Made by a program: the position numbers and the translations under genes | Shown here: positions 15,751 to 28,108 of the stretch, one piece after another | Layout: every line of letters begins with the position of its first letter | Position numbering within the stretch: position 1 is the stretch's first letter | The notes under the pieces: generated by a model | The model's input: only the letters and a program-made list of their open reading frames with translations | Told to the model about the DNA's origin: nothing | Databases searched by the model: none | Assembly: GCF_009914755.1 (NCBI RefSeq) | Contig: NC_060932.1 | Length of the DNA stretch: 64,000 nt | Source of the DNA: the human T2T-CHM13v2.0 reference genome, Homo sapiens | Reading direction: 5' to 3' (one strand)

Positions 15751-15921
15751 TGGTTTATCAAATGCAATTGGAGTCCCCTTTTCTTCTGGGTTTGGTGGCC
15801 TGCTGTGTTTTTGCCTTTCTCTGACTCCCATTAAAATCTTTAATTAAGGGAGATTTTAGAGTTCTGGGCTCAAAATTAGAATTTGGTTTATTTTATAACA
15901 GGGCTCCAGAAGGCTTGAATT
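15751..15921 (+). repeat. 171-bp direct repeat, copy 2
   Basis: Matches copy 1; immediately followed by an AluJ insertion. Confidence 0.92.
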
Positions 15922-16229
15922 ATTTATTTTATTTTATTTTTTATTTTTGAGACAGGGTCTTGCTCTGTCACCCTGGCTGGAATGCAGTGGAGTGTGCATG
16001 GCTCACTGCAGCCTCCACCTCCTGGCTTAAGTTATCCTCCCACCTCAGCCTCCTGAGTGGCTGGGACTACAGGCATATGCCACCCCACCTGGCTAATTTT
16101 TGTATTTTTTATACAGATGGTGTTTTGCCATGTTGCCCAGGCTTCTTTAGAACTCCTGGGCTCAAGTGATACACCTGCCTTGACCTCCCAAAGTGCTGAG
16201 TTTACAGGTGTGAGCCACTGTGGCTAACC
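15922..16229 (-). mobile_element. AluJ SINE
   Basis: AluJ features (CTGCAGCCTCCACCTCC, CTCCTGGGCTCAAG); TSD AGAAGGCTTGAATT (15908-15921) / AGAAGCTTTGAATT (16230-16243). Confidence 0.9.
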
Positions 16230-18454
16230 AGAAGCTTTGAATTCTTCATGAAATTCTGAACCACATAAACACATAAGCCAGGCATCCCTCAGTGAATAAC
16301 TCCTGCAGCAAAAGGAAATGAAATTATAAGTGCATTGCATCAAATGGTGGCCTCAGGAGAACAAGGCTGTTCTTCAATAGGCTCTTCAGCTAGCAAGGCA
16401 AATAGTTTGTAGATCCTTTTTGGTGCATTTTACAGAAGACAAGTGCCTTTTTTTCAGACTTGCTTAAGATCTGTAATTTAAATAAGTACATTTGGACCCT
16501 GTATGAAATTGCTCTTTACTGTTAACAACTAATTCTTCCTGAATGAGGAGTATTCAGCTTATTTGTTCAGGAAGAGTATATTGAGGGTATATACTTTGCT
16601 AGACTCTTCTGAGAATATAAAGATGAATTAAAGGCATTTCCTACCTTCAGGGAGTACAATCCAATTGTGAAGAAAAGAACAATAACTCCATTACAAAGCC
16701 TGTGTGGTGCGTGCATCAGAGTGGTGTTGAAAGGTTTAGGATGGCAAGGGAAAGCACAATGACTCCAGATGGGGTGGCCGTTTCCAAATAGTGCTCCTAG
16801 TTCTGTTCCTTGGATGTGTTAACTAGACACTTGAAACTGAAGGTGTCCTTGATACTCTGAGCTAATGGTGAAAATAACCAATCTTGGACAACTCTCCCAT
16901 GCAAGGTTACAGTTGTAGTGGGAAATGCTGCAATCTCATCCATGCTTGATCTGCCATCCTCATATTTACACACCCGCCCATGCTTCACCAAGTACGCACC
17001 GCCCTGAGGAGTCTCTCCAGTCTCCCTCTCACACTGCTCCTCACTACATATTTGACCCAAAGAAGTGAGTCTTGGTGGAGGCAACATATAAGGATTAGCA
17101 GAGAAAGGGGAATCACCAACTCGTATTAGCTAAGTAATTGTTTAGCTAATTACCACTCCCAGTCAGAAAATGAAAAATTATAGGTTGACTCTGCAGATGT
17201 GACTTCCAGTCCAGAAGACTCAGAAGATTTGGTGTTTCCAGTTTCCATTAATTTCAATTTCATGGGAAATAGTATTTCAGGATTCCAAAAAGAAAACTGT
17301 TGTTCATTTATAAAGGTGAACAAAAATGCCAAATCTTACTGTTATTATACTTACGTTACCATACAAGTTGATATACACACAAAGTACTTCTCAGTCTAGC
17401 CACTATGCTAATTAACACCGTATAGCATACTAAGGAGAAAAACTAATATAAACTATCCACCTTAAATTTTTGTTTAAAAATGTAAGTAAAAGGAAAATTC
17501 AGAATATTCTACTGCCAATGAACCTTTGTTTACTAGTATAGAAAATATGATTAGAAACTTATATTGATTACTTTCACAGAATAAATTCATTACTTTTTAG
17601 TCACACTAATAATGTCTTTTTAGTCACCCAGAATAATGTCTTTCAAGATTTATTAAATACTATGGTTTTATAACTCTTCTCATTAATCAAGACTTAAATA
17701 AAATCTATGATTGGAGAAAATTTTAAGAATTTGAACTTGAATCTGGATTTGCATCAATATTATTTGTTTCATTTATAAGATATGAATTAGGGAGGAAAGA
17801 TCTATACTCTGTGGAACTCTAGGCTTAACGTGACTGACCTCATCTCTTTACAACCTTCTCTCCCAAACCTGTGCTCTCAGTTGAAGAGGAAGAAGAGGGG
17901 AAACTTCATCTTCAGTTAAAAGAAAGGAGTGAAAAACAAAGCACAGGAAGTGAGGGGCTTGCCTGCTAAGCCACCAAATAAGATCTTACTCAAAAATGTC
18001 TTGTTGGGCATCTACTGTGATCCCAGCATTTTAAAGGATACATTGGAGGTGTACCCTCAAGAATCCATCTTTCAGTGTGAGACGGCCTAAACAACTGCAC
18101 CACAAAGTGTTAAATACAGTGACAGCACTGTCAGAAGGAATAACTAAATCTGCCTGGGAGTCAGAGAAAGTTTTGCAGCCATAATGATATTTGAGCTGGG
18201 TGTTGAAGGATAAGTATACAGTTATTTACATCTTACTCATTTCAAAAGGATTTAAGCTGTCTCTGGGATTTGAGCAGACAGTGGGAGAGTAGAATAGCCT
18301 TTCAGGCACAGAAAGTGCCAAAGCACAGAAGTATGAAAAGGTACAATGTGCTTGGGAAGTGGCAAGCTGTTCTGAGGACACATGCATAGAATGCACCTCT
18401 ATGTACTCTGGGGGAAGCCAGGCAAATAATATCAACAAATATACCATCCTCTAA

Positions 18455-18646
18455 CAGTGGTTTGCAGACTTGAGCATGCATCAGAATTCCCAGGAGAGCT
18501 TTTCAAAGAACTGTTTACTGGGCCTCATCCCCAGAGTTTTTAATTCTGCTGGTGTGTGGCCTTGGAAAGCAAGAATTTGCATTTCTCACAAATTCCCGGG
18601 TGATACTGGTGCAGCTGGTCTTGGGACCATACTTTAAGAACCATTT
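18455..18646. mobile_element. MER5A DNA transposon
   Basis: CAGTGGTT...GCATCAGAAT...GAATTTGCATTTCTCACAA...CCATACTTTAAGAACCA. Confidence 0.75.
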
Positions 18647-19257
18647 CTGGTTTTCTGGACTTCTTCCTATAATCAAATGGGAGTCCCTGGAATTGTTAGA
18701 GCTTTAGAAAGAAATAAACATATTTGGATTTAGAAAATTTACTAAAAGCTATGAGGAGAACCAGGGAAGGAAACCACTTGGTAGATTATGTCACATGTCC
18801 AAGAGACAGAGTAAATAGACTGCAACCCATTTATGGAAAGATGAAATAAACTTGAGAATGTCTAAAGCATAACAAGATTACTTGCAATGATGGAATATGG
18901 GGAATAAGAGAAAGGGAAGGAGTCCAGGATGTTATAATTATGTTCCACAATATAAATGAAATTCTATAGTGTTTATGAATTCAAAGAATCTTATTCCACC
19001 AACAAACCATACAAAGTTTTAGATCATGTTCTTGCCAGTATCATGAGCTGGGCCTTTACAGCTAGATAAAGAGATGGCCCAGTCATGGTCATTCAGCAGT
19101 CATATCTCAAAAATGTGTAACCCGAAGCCCACTCAGATAGGAGCAAAACTTCCTAAGGAATCTTCTAGGGGTGCTGAACCCACTTCTAGTGGTTGCAGAA
19201 CTCATTGCACCCACTCTTAGTATCAGAACCTTGGCTGTAAATCTGTTGTGGTGTTTC

Positions 19258-20221
19258 AGCAAAAGAAACTCAACAGAGTAGACAGACAACCTACAAAATA
19301 GGAGAAAATATTTGCAAACTATGCATCTGACAAATGTCTAATATCCAGGATCTATATGAAACTTAAACAAATTTTTGAGCAAAAAGTAAACAACACCATT
19401 AAACAATAGGCAAAGGCCATGAACAGTTCTCAAAAAAAGACATACATGTGGCCAAAAAGCATATGAATAAATGCTCAACATTATTAATCACTAGAGAAAT
19501 GCTAATCAAAACCACAATGGGATACCATCTCACATCAATTAGAGTGGCTGTTATTAAAAAGTCAAAAAATAACAGATACTGGCAAGGTTGTGGAGAAAAG
19601 AGAGGGAGGAGTATAAATTAGTTCAGCCATTGTAGAAATAAGTGTTGCAATTCTTCAAAGAACTCAAAACAGAATTACCATTCAACCTGGCAATCTCATT
19701 ATTGAGTATATATCCAAAGGAATATAAATTGTTCTACCATAAAGACACATGCATGCATATATTCATTGCAGCACTATTCACAAATAGCAAAGACAGGAAA
19801 TAAATCTGAATGCCCATCAATGGTAGACTTGATAAATGTGGTGTATATGCACCATGAAATACTATACAGCCATGAAAAAGAATGAGATGATGTTCTTTGC
19901 AGGAACATGGATGGAGCTGGAGGCCATTATCCTGAGGGAACTAATGCAGGAACAGAAAACCAAAATATCTCATGTTCTCACTTATAAGTGAGAGCTAAAC
20001 AATAAGAACACATGGACACAAAGAAGGGAAAGCAGACACTAGTACCTACTTGATGGTAGAGGGTTGGAGGAGGGAGAGGTTCAGAAAAAATACCTATTGG
20101 ATACTATGATTATTATCTGGGTGACTAAATAATCTGTACACCAAACTCCCATGACACACAGTTTACCATATAACAAATCTGCACATGTACCCTTGAACCT
20201 AAAATAAAAGTTAAAATAAAA
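19258..20221 (+). mobile_element. 5'-truncated L1 (older L1PA, ORF2 3' end + 3'UTR)
   Basis: Typical L1 3' sequence (ATCAAAACCACAATG..., ATGGATGGAGCTGGAGGCCATTATCC, GAACCTAAAATAAAAGTT) with A-rich tail; TSD TTGTGGTGTTTC at 19246-19257 and 20222-20233. Confidence 0.9.
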
Positions 20222-20921
20222 TTGTGGTGTTTCCAGCCTGAATATACTTCAACAAGTGTAGGAGCCCTGTCCCCTGACCCCCAGTACATAAAAGACTTCA
20301 TGAAAACTATAAGAAATTGATAAATTGAGACTGGTGGAAGCCACAAAATGGAAACATAAATATAATTGAGTAAGTTGATACCAATTATATTAAACACTTA
20401 GAGGGAGGTTTTGAAATTAACTTCCAGCTTCTCTGTCTAGCAACTATGGAGCCCTTAGCCAAGAATATTTAAGGAATAGTCTCTATTCTGATCTATCCTC
20501 CTTTGAATGTTTTTCTTTTTCAGGTGGCTTGGTCCTGATGACACTCTTCTTGAATTATACGATGTTCTTATCTCTTGCGGGGCTGTTGAAATAATCAAAT
20601 CTTTGTACAAACACTTATTTATCTTTTTGCAGATTTTGAATTTTCCCATCAATATAATTTCTGTCAGTAGTATATCCAAAGTAGTTGCTTTCCTTAATCC
20701 TCATTACTAAATATTTATAACTCATTAGCCTTTCTGTTTTTGCAGCCCATGAACCCTCTGTGTCTCTTGGATTGGACTACAGCCTTTGTGGTGTGTCCTT
20801 GGTTAGGACTGCACAGGGGGTGGAAGGAAAGTATGGAGTGGGGTGGGAGTAAGATAGGAGTTACATTTTGCTCCTTTTGACTGGAAGGATAACTTTCATA
20901 TGGGGTTTAAACTGAATAAAA

Positions 20922-21222
20922 GACTGGCGCAGTGGGTCATGCCTGTAATCCCAGCACTTTGGGAGGCTGAGGTGGGTGGATCACTTGAGGTCAGGAGTTC
21001 AAGACCAGCCTGGCCAACATGGCAAAACCCAGTCTCTACTAAAAATACAAAAATTAGCCAGGTGTAGTTGGGGGGGGCCCTGTAATCCAGCTACTTGGGA
21101 GGCTGAAGTAGGGAGAATTGCTTGAACCCAGGAGGTGGAGGTTGCAGTGAGCCAAGATCACGCCACTGCACTCCAGCCTGGGTGACAGCGTGAGACTCCA
21201 TCTAAAAATAATAATAATAAAT
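20922..21222 (+). mobile_element. AluS SINE (tail interrupted by MER11)
   Basis: Full Alu dimer; the (AAT)n tail resumes after 22378. Confidence 0.92.
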
Positions 21223-22378
21223 TATTGGGAGAACCCGCCCACAATATTTCAACGTAGGTTCTTTCTATTTTCTCTAAGTGTCAGCCAGCTGAGAAATAAA
21301 GAGAAAGAGTACAAAGGGAGGAATTTTACAGCTGGGCCTCCAGGGGTGACATCACATATTGGTAGGACCATGATGCCCACCTGAGCCACAAAACCAGCAG
21401 GTTTTTATTAAGGACTTTAAAAGGGGAGGGGGTGTACGAACAGGGAGTAGGTCACAAAGATCACATGCATCAAAAGGCAAAAAGGAGAACAAAGATCACA
21501 TGCTTCTGGGGCCAATAAAGATCACAAGGCAAAGGGCAAAGCAAAGATCACAAGGCAAAGGGCGAAATAAAAAACTCCCACTAAGGGTCTATGTTCAGCT
21601 GTGCACATATTTCTTGATAAACATCTTAACAGAAAACAGGGTTTGAGAGCAGAGAACCAGTCTGACCTCAAATTCACCAGGGTGGGTTGTTTTCCCCACC
21701 CTAATAAGCCTGAGGGTACTGCAGGAGACCAGGGCATATTTCAGTCCTTATCTCAACCACATATGACAGACACTCCCAGAGCAGCCATTTATAGACCTCC
21801 CCCCAGGAATGCATTCCTTTCCCACCATCTTAATTATTAATATTCCTTGCTAGGAAAAGAATTCAGCGATATCTTCCCTACTTGCACGTCCATTTATAGG
21901 CTCTCTGCAAGGAGAAAAATATGGCTCTATTCTGCCCCACACTGCAGGCAGTCAGACCTTATGTTTGTCTTCCCTTGTTCCCTGAAAATCACTGTTATTT
22001 TGTTCTTTTTCTAGGTGCACTGATTTCATTTTGTTCAAACACACATGTTTTACAATCAATTTGTACAGATAACACAATAGTGGTCCTGAGGTGACATACA
22101 TCCTCAGCTTATGAAGATAATAGGATTAAGAGATTAAAGTAAGACAGGCATAAGAAATTATAAGAGTATAATTTGGAAAGTAATAAATGTCCATATTAAA
22201 ATGAAATCTTCACAATTTATGTTCAGAGATTTCAGTAAAGACAGGCATAAGAAATTATAAAAGTATTAACTTTGGGAACTAATATATGTCCATATTAAAA
22301 TGAAATCTTCACAATTTATGTTCCTCTGCCTCGGCTCCAGCCAGTCCCTCCATTCAGGGTCCCTGACTTCCCACAACA
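21223..22378 (-). mobile_element. MER11 solo LTR (HERV-K11/HML-8)
   Basis: Reverse-complement termini TATTGGGAGAACCCGCCC... and ...GGTCCCTGACTTCCCACAACA; internal ~100-bp duplication (22142-22323); 6-bp TSD ATAAAT (21217-21222 / 22379-22384). Confidence 0.88.
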
Positions 22379-22931
22379 ATAAATAAATCGAAAAAAAATT
22401 CCTCCCTTGGACAGAAATTTTACCCTTTCTTTATAGCAATATTAAACACAGTCTTTGGCTGCAGTCTTTCAGGAACTTCTCTGATTCACCATTTTGTGCT
22501 CACAAATCATATGGGAAACAAAAACTTGCATAATGCATTTCCTCAGTATTGGGGTAAGGGGGGTTAATAAATTAGACCTCCTCACCACCTAAGTTTTGAA
22601 CTGTTGAGAGAGATGTAGGTCAGTCAACTGAAGGTCAAAACTTTAACAATATTCCTGATAGAGTTGATGGAGAATGGACCTTAGAGTGAGAGCCAAATAA
22701 TAACTCTCTACTGCCAGCAGGAACCTTGGAATAGCCCAGTAGCTGGAAGATTTGAGTGTAGAGCAGACAGACTAACCTAGGCCAATCACTGTCACCCACT
22801 TACCAGGTAATTAATTTAACCACCACAGAGAGCAAGAAGCCACAAGAAATACTTCCTCATGGAAAGCAAAGGATAAGTTATGTAAGACGTATATTTTATA
22901 AGAGAGTTTTAAAGATAGTAATAAAAAAAAT

Positions 22932-23075
22932 GGCCAGGTGCAGTGGCTAACACCTGTAATCCCAGAACTTTGGGCAGCCAAGGCAGGAGGATTGCTTGAG
23001 ACCTGGAGTTTGAGACCACCCTGGACAACATAGTGAGACCCCATCTCTGCAAAATACATTTTCAAAAAAGAAAAT
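22932..23075 (+). mobile_element. Alu left monomer (FLAM-like)
   Basis: GGCCAGGTGCAGTGGCT...GAGACCCCATCTCT followed by an A-rich tail; no right arm. Confidence 0.8.
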
Positions 23076-23504
23076 AACAATGACTAATGCTAACCATGTC
23101 TAAAAATGACTTCTAAACTATAGAAAAATAGTTTCTTCCCTCAAAGGTAATAAATGTCGAACACAATAAGGAATTTTAAAAATTCAAGAAAGTTAATATT
23201 CATTTTTCAATCTATGAATGAAGATGATGATTAACTACATGCATATCTTGTGTTGACTCCGCTAAAGGCCTGTTTAATTTTTTAAAAGGTACAATTAGGA
23301 GAGTTAAGATTTTCTAACGTCACACACTAGTTCTTCTTCCATCTGTTCCTCCAGTTTGCATAGTGGTAGAGTTAAAGCTGGATCCATGGACACCCAGCTA
23401 GAAATACAATTGTTTAGTTTTACTCACAGCTAGAAGTAGCCACATGAATAAGTTCTCTCCAGTGGAATGGTAACATAAGAGTGATGTGTGCAACTCTAAC
23501 TTCA

Positions 23505-23815
23505 TTTCTTTGTTTTTTGGGGTTTTTTTGAGACACAGTCTCACCCTGTTGCCCAGACTGGAGTGCAGTGCAGTGGCACAATCACAGCTCATTGCCTCCT
23601 CATCCTCCCAGGCTCAAGCAATCCTCCCACCTCAGCCTCACAAATAGCTAGGACTACAGGTGCATGCTACTACACCCAGTTAATTTTTGTATGTTTTGTA
23701 GAGGCAGGTTTTTGCCATGTTTCCTAGGCTGGTCTTGAACTCCCAGGCTCAAGTGATCCTCCTGCTCGGCCTCCCAAAGTGCTGGGATTATAGGCTTGAG
23801 CCACTGTGCCCAGCT
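23505..23815 (-). mobile_element. AluJ inserted within an old MLT1-type LTR (~23330-24050)
   Basis: Reverse Alu dimer with J-type motifs; flanks carry MLT1-like sequence (GTGAGATGAGAAATAAAC...CCACTATATGTTAGG). Confidence 0.85.
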
Positions 23816-24137
23816 GAGCCTTACTTGTTTAAAACGAGTAGTTGTTCCCCACTTCCATTCCCCATCTGAGTTGAATGCCAACATGGCAGAGACCCAAGGC
23901 ACCAGGGACCCTTTGTGACCTAATGGAGCAGAGCCACTCTAACCACTTAGTCTGGCCAGACTGTGAGATGAGAAATAAACTCCTACGTTATTTAGGCCAC
24001 TATATGTTTAGGGCTTTTTTTTTTTTTTTTTTTTTTTTTGTATCAGCTTAACATATCATTTAGCACAAATATGTATACCCACTTAAAAGGTATTTTTAAA
24101 AAATATTCAATAGAAAAATATCTGTACAATTAGCTAC

Positions 24138-24583
24138 TGTGGTGGATTGGATAATGGACCCCAAATAATATGCCTACTCAGAACCTGTGAACGTGAGTTT
24201 ATTTGAAAATATAGTCTTTACAGATACAATGAAGGTAAGGATCGCCAGATGATATCATCCAGGATTAACCAGGTGAGCCCTAAATCCAATGGCACGTGTC
24301 TTTATAAGAGACAGAAAAGAAACCAGAAGACAAGAAAACCACGTGAAGGCAGAGGCAGAGATGGAAGTGAGGCATGTGAAGCCAAGGGACACCTGGTGTC
24401 CGCAGGAGCTGGAAAAGGCAAGGAAGGCTTCTCCCCTAGAGCTTTTATAGAGAGCATGGCCCAGCTGACAATTTGATTTTAGACTTCTGGCCTCCAAAGT
24501 GTGAGAAAATAAGTTTCTGTTGTTTTTAAGCCACATACATAGTTTGTGGTGATGTCTTATGGCAGCTCCAGGAAACTAGAACA
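24138..24583 (+). mobile_element. MLT1B/C MaLR solo LTR
   Basis: TGTGGTGG... to ...GGAAACTAGAACA with a perfect 5-bp TSD GCTAC (24133-24137 / 24584-24588). Confidence 0.85.
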
Positions 24584-25338
24584 GCTACCTAATAAAATTT
24601 GATCATGAGGATAGAGAAACTGGACATGGAGAAATAAAAAGAACAATTTCTTGTATTGTTATGAAATGCTGAGAGAAGCACAGAGCACTGTTTACATTAG
24701 TTTTATGTACTGGCTCATTCATTCATTCGTGACTTTTTAAAAAATTATCTGAAATGCCTCAACTGCTGAAAGGTGCAGGGCATGTAAAATGAACCACAGG
24801 GTCCCAGCCCTCAAGAGGTTCCTTGTCTCCTTGGAGAACATAGATGTTCATAGACAATACTATTTTATTCATTTTAAAAATAAATTTCATGTGAGAATTA
24901 CAGGCTACTTGGCAATGAGGAAATCACTCACTGAGTTGTTAGGAAAATAAGTTTACCTGTCTAAGAAAATCAGATATGCAATTTGTCCCATGATGATAAT
25001 TCTGTCTGGTGAATAGGATAAAAATATTGATTTTTTAAAAAGGTTACTTGTACTTCTAAAGCAATTCACTTTATAAAATAAATTTTTTAAATAAAATATC
25101 CTCTAATTTAGTTGAATGCTTACTAATAGTGATAACGACTTGAGAAATACGCTGAAAAAAAGAATTTGAAAGCTTAATTCTTAGGAAATATTACCACTTA
25201 ATGATTAATCAAAATGGAATAATGTCTTAATATGAAAATAAAATGACTTACAGAGGCAAACATTTCATTTATATTTTAGTGATATCATTATATTAAAAGT
25301 TAAGTACCAAGAAATCATGTAAACACTTTTAATGTAAT

Positions 25339-25459
25339 TTTTTTTTTAAGACGGGGTCTTGAGCTCCTGTCTTCAAGTTTTTCTCCTATGTTGGCCTCCC
25401 AAAGTGCTGACATTACAGCATTGTGAGCCACCGTGTAGTGTGAGCCACTGCGCCCAGCC
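25339..25459 (-). mobile_element. Alu monomer fragment
   Basis: T-run, GGCCTCCCAAAGTGCTG, duplicated GTGAGCCAC, ends GCGCCCAGCC. Confidence 0.75.
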
Positions 25460-27814
25460 AAATGTGATATTTGTTATTCTTCTATGCCCTTTGGAAAAAT
25501 GGTATTCTAAAAGTTCATAAAATAAAAGGAATTGGCTTGAGTTTGTTAATAAGTATTAATAAATACAGGAAAAATACTGCTTTGCATAACAAAACTAGTT
25601 TAATATTTAAAAACAGTTAAATATTTTTCATTTGCACAAAAAAATCTGACCAAACTCCTTTTCAGATTTAATGCACGTGAAGTTAAGATTAATATCTTTG
25701 TATTCCTGTTTTTATATTTTTATTGCCTTATAAGTTGATGAAATAACATTCCCTTCTAATGTTAATGAAAATCTTCAATTGAGAATAAGCTGGAAAATCT
25801 ATTTAATAAAGGGACTTTTTCTAGGGGGGCATTTGTGCATAATTCCTCTTCATATACCCAGTATATAAAATATGCCTTTTAAAAAATATTCTGACAGCCC
25901 ATAAATACAGTACCTATTTCAAAAACACAATTGTCCTGGAGCCATTCCTCAGGTTAAAAGTCAAAAAGCCAAATAACAAATTGGCTCTGTGATGACACAG
26001 AAAGAATGTATTGAGCATTATTCCTTGGGTTGCATTTAGACTTGGGTATGAATAGCCCAAGATTCTTCCCTATATTAGTTTCATATTGGTGCAACAAGCT
26101 ACAGAGTGACCTAAAAAGTGTCCTTCTTGGTTTTATTACAGGTTAAACTGTAAAGCAATATGCGATCTATTGTCTAAGTTATCTCAATTTTATTTTGGAA
26201 CTTAAGATCCTCACTAGGTTCTCTCATTTTGAGGGTCATCCTTCTTAATTACTCCCACTGTTTTCTGAGTCCCTTCCCCTCCCCGCTAGTATTTTAGTCT
26301 GTTTCATATTATCTTTTATTTTGGCTCCCTTCTAATTTTTTACTAAATACTGAACTTGTATGATATTCCCTTTTATGCTAGGCAGTATTATTTTGACACA
26401 TAAAATGAGGACTTAGTGTATAAGAAATGTATATTGAAAATATGCATAAAAACACTGGAAGGAAATATACCAATATGTTTCCCTTTGAGTGTTATTACAA
26501 CTAATTTTTAAAAATCGGCTTAGTACTTTTTATCCTTTCTAACTTTTTTTGACAGAGAAACAGATAGCACTTTATTTTGCTTTGTTCCAACTGCAAAATT
26601 GGACAGAAAATCCCTCTAGGTTTTTGTTTGTTTTGTTTTGTTTTGCTCATGGGTTATCTTGTTAAAATGCCTTCACTGGAACTGTTTTATGTCAAGAAGT
26701 TTGTTGTAATGTCACCTTGATCATTTCTGACTGTGCTTAGTTAGATCTTCTGGGTTTTTGTTTTGTTTTGTTTTGTTTTTTTGTTAATCTAGTTAGCAGT
26801 CTATTGATCTTCTTTATCTTTTTAAAGAAACAGCTTTTGGTTTCATTGAGCCCTTATATGATTTTTGGTTCTCAATTTCATTCAGTTCTGCTCTGATTTT
26901 GGTTACTTCTTTCCTTCTCCTAGCTTTGGGGTTACTTTGTTCTTCTTTTTTAACTTCCTCTGTGTGTGATATTAGATTGTTAATTTGAGAGCTTTCAACT
27001 TCTTGAGGTAGGCATTTAGCACTATAAACTTTCCTCTTAACACTGCTTTTGCTTTGTTTCAGAGATTTTGGTATGTTGTGTCTCTGTTTTTATTTATTTC
27101 AAATAACTTTTTGATTTCTGCCTTAATTGTATTGTTTGTCCATAGTCATTCAGAAGCAAGTGATTTAATTTTCATGTAATTGTGAGGTTTTGAGAGATCT
27201 TCTTGGTATTGATTTCTATTTTCCATTCTTGTCTGAAAGTATAATTGGTATGATTTTGATTTTTTTGAATTTGCTGAGACTTGCTTTATGGCTGAGCATG
27301 TGGCCAGTCTTAGAGTATGTTCTGTGTGCAGATAAGAAGAATGTATATTCTGAGGATGATGAGTGGACTGTTCTGTAGATGTCTATCGGGTCCAACTGGT
27401 CAAATGTGAAATTTAAGTCCGCTATTTATTTGTTAGTTTTTTGTCTTGGTGATCTGTCTAACACTGTCAGTGGAGTGTTGAAGTTCTCTACTATTATTGT
27501 GTGGCTATTTCTACTTATAGGTCTAGAAGTACTTGTTGTATGAATCTGGGTGCTCCAACATTGGGTGCATACATATTTAGGATAGTTAAGTCTGCATGTT
27601 GAATTGAAACTTTTATCATTGTGTAATGTCCTTCTTTGTCCTCTTTTACTGTTGTTGGTTTAATGTTGGTTTAAAGTCTGTTTTGCCTAACATAAGAATA
27701 GTCACCTCTGTCTTTAATGCATTCCATTTGCATGATAGATCTTTCTCCAACCCTTTACTTTGAGCATGGGATGTCCTTACGCATGAGATGGGTCTCTTGA
27801 AGACGGCAGATAGA

Positions 27815-28108
27815 CGGTTTGTTTTTGTTTTTGTTGTTGTTGTTTGAGACAGGGTCTTGCTCTGTTGCCCAGTGGTGTGATCACTGCAACCTCCGCCTCC
27901 TGGGTTCAAGCAATTTTTATGCTTCAGCCACCCTAGAAGCTGGTACTACAGGCACATGCCACCACGCCCAGCTAATTTCTATATTTTTGGTAGAGACAGG
28001 GTTTCACCATGTTGGCCAGGCTGGTCTCAAACTCCTGATCTCAAATGATCTGCCCACCTCGGCCTCCAAAAGTCCTGGGATTACAGGCATGAACCATCAC
28101 CCCAGGCC
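27815..28108 (-). mobile_element. AluS inserted in the L1
   Basis: (TTG)n tail and reverse Alu body with a small internal deletion. Confidence 0.88.

Noticed and set aside
22142-22323. ~100-bp tandem duplication
   Set aside because: Internal repeats of this kind are an ordinary feature of MER11 LTRs.
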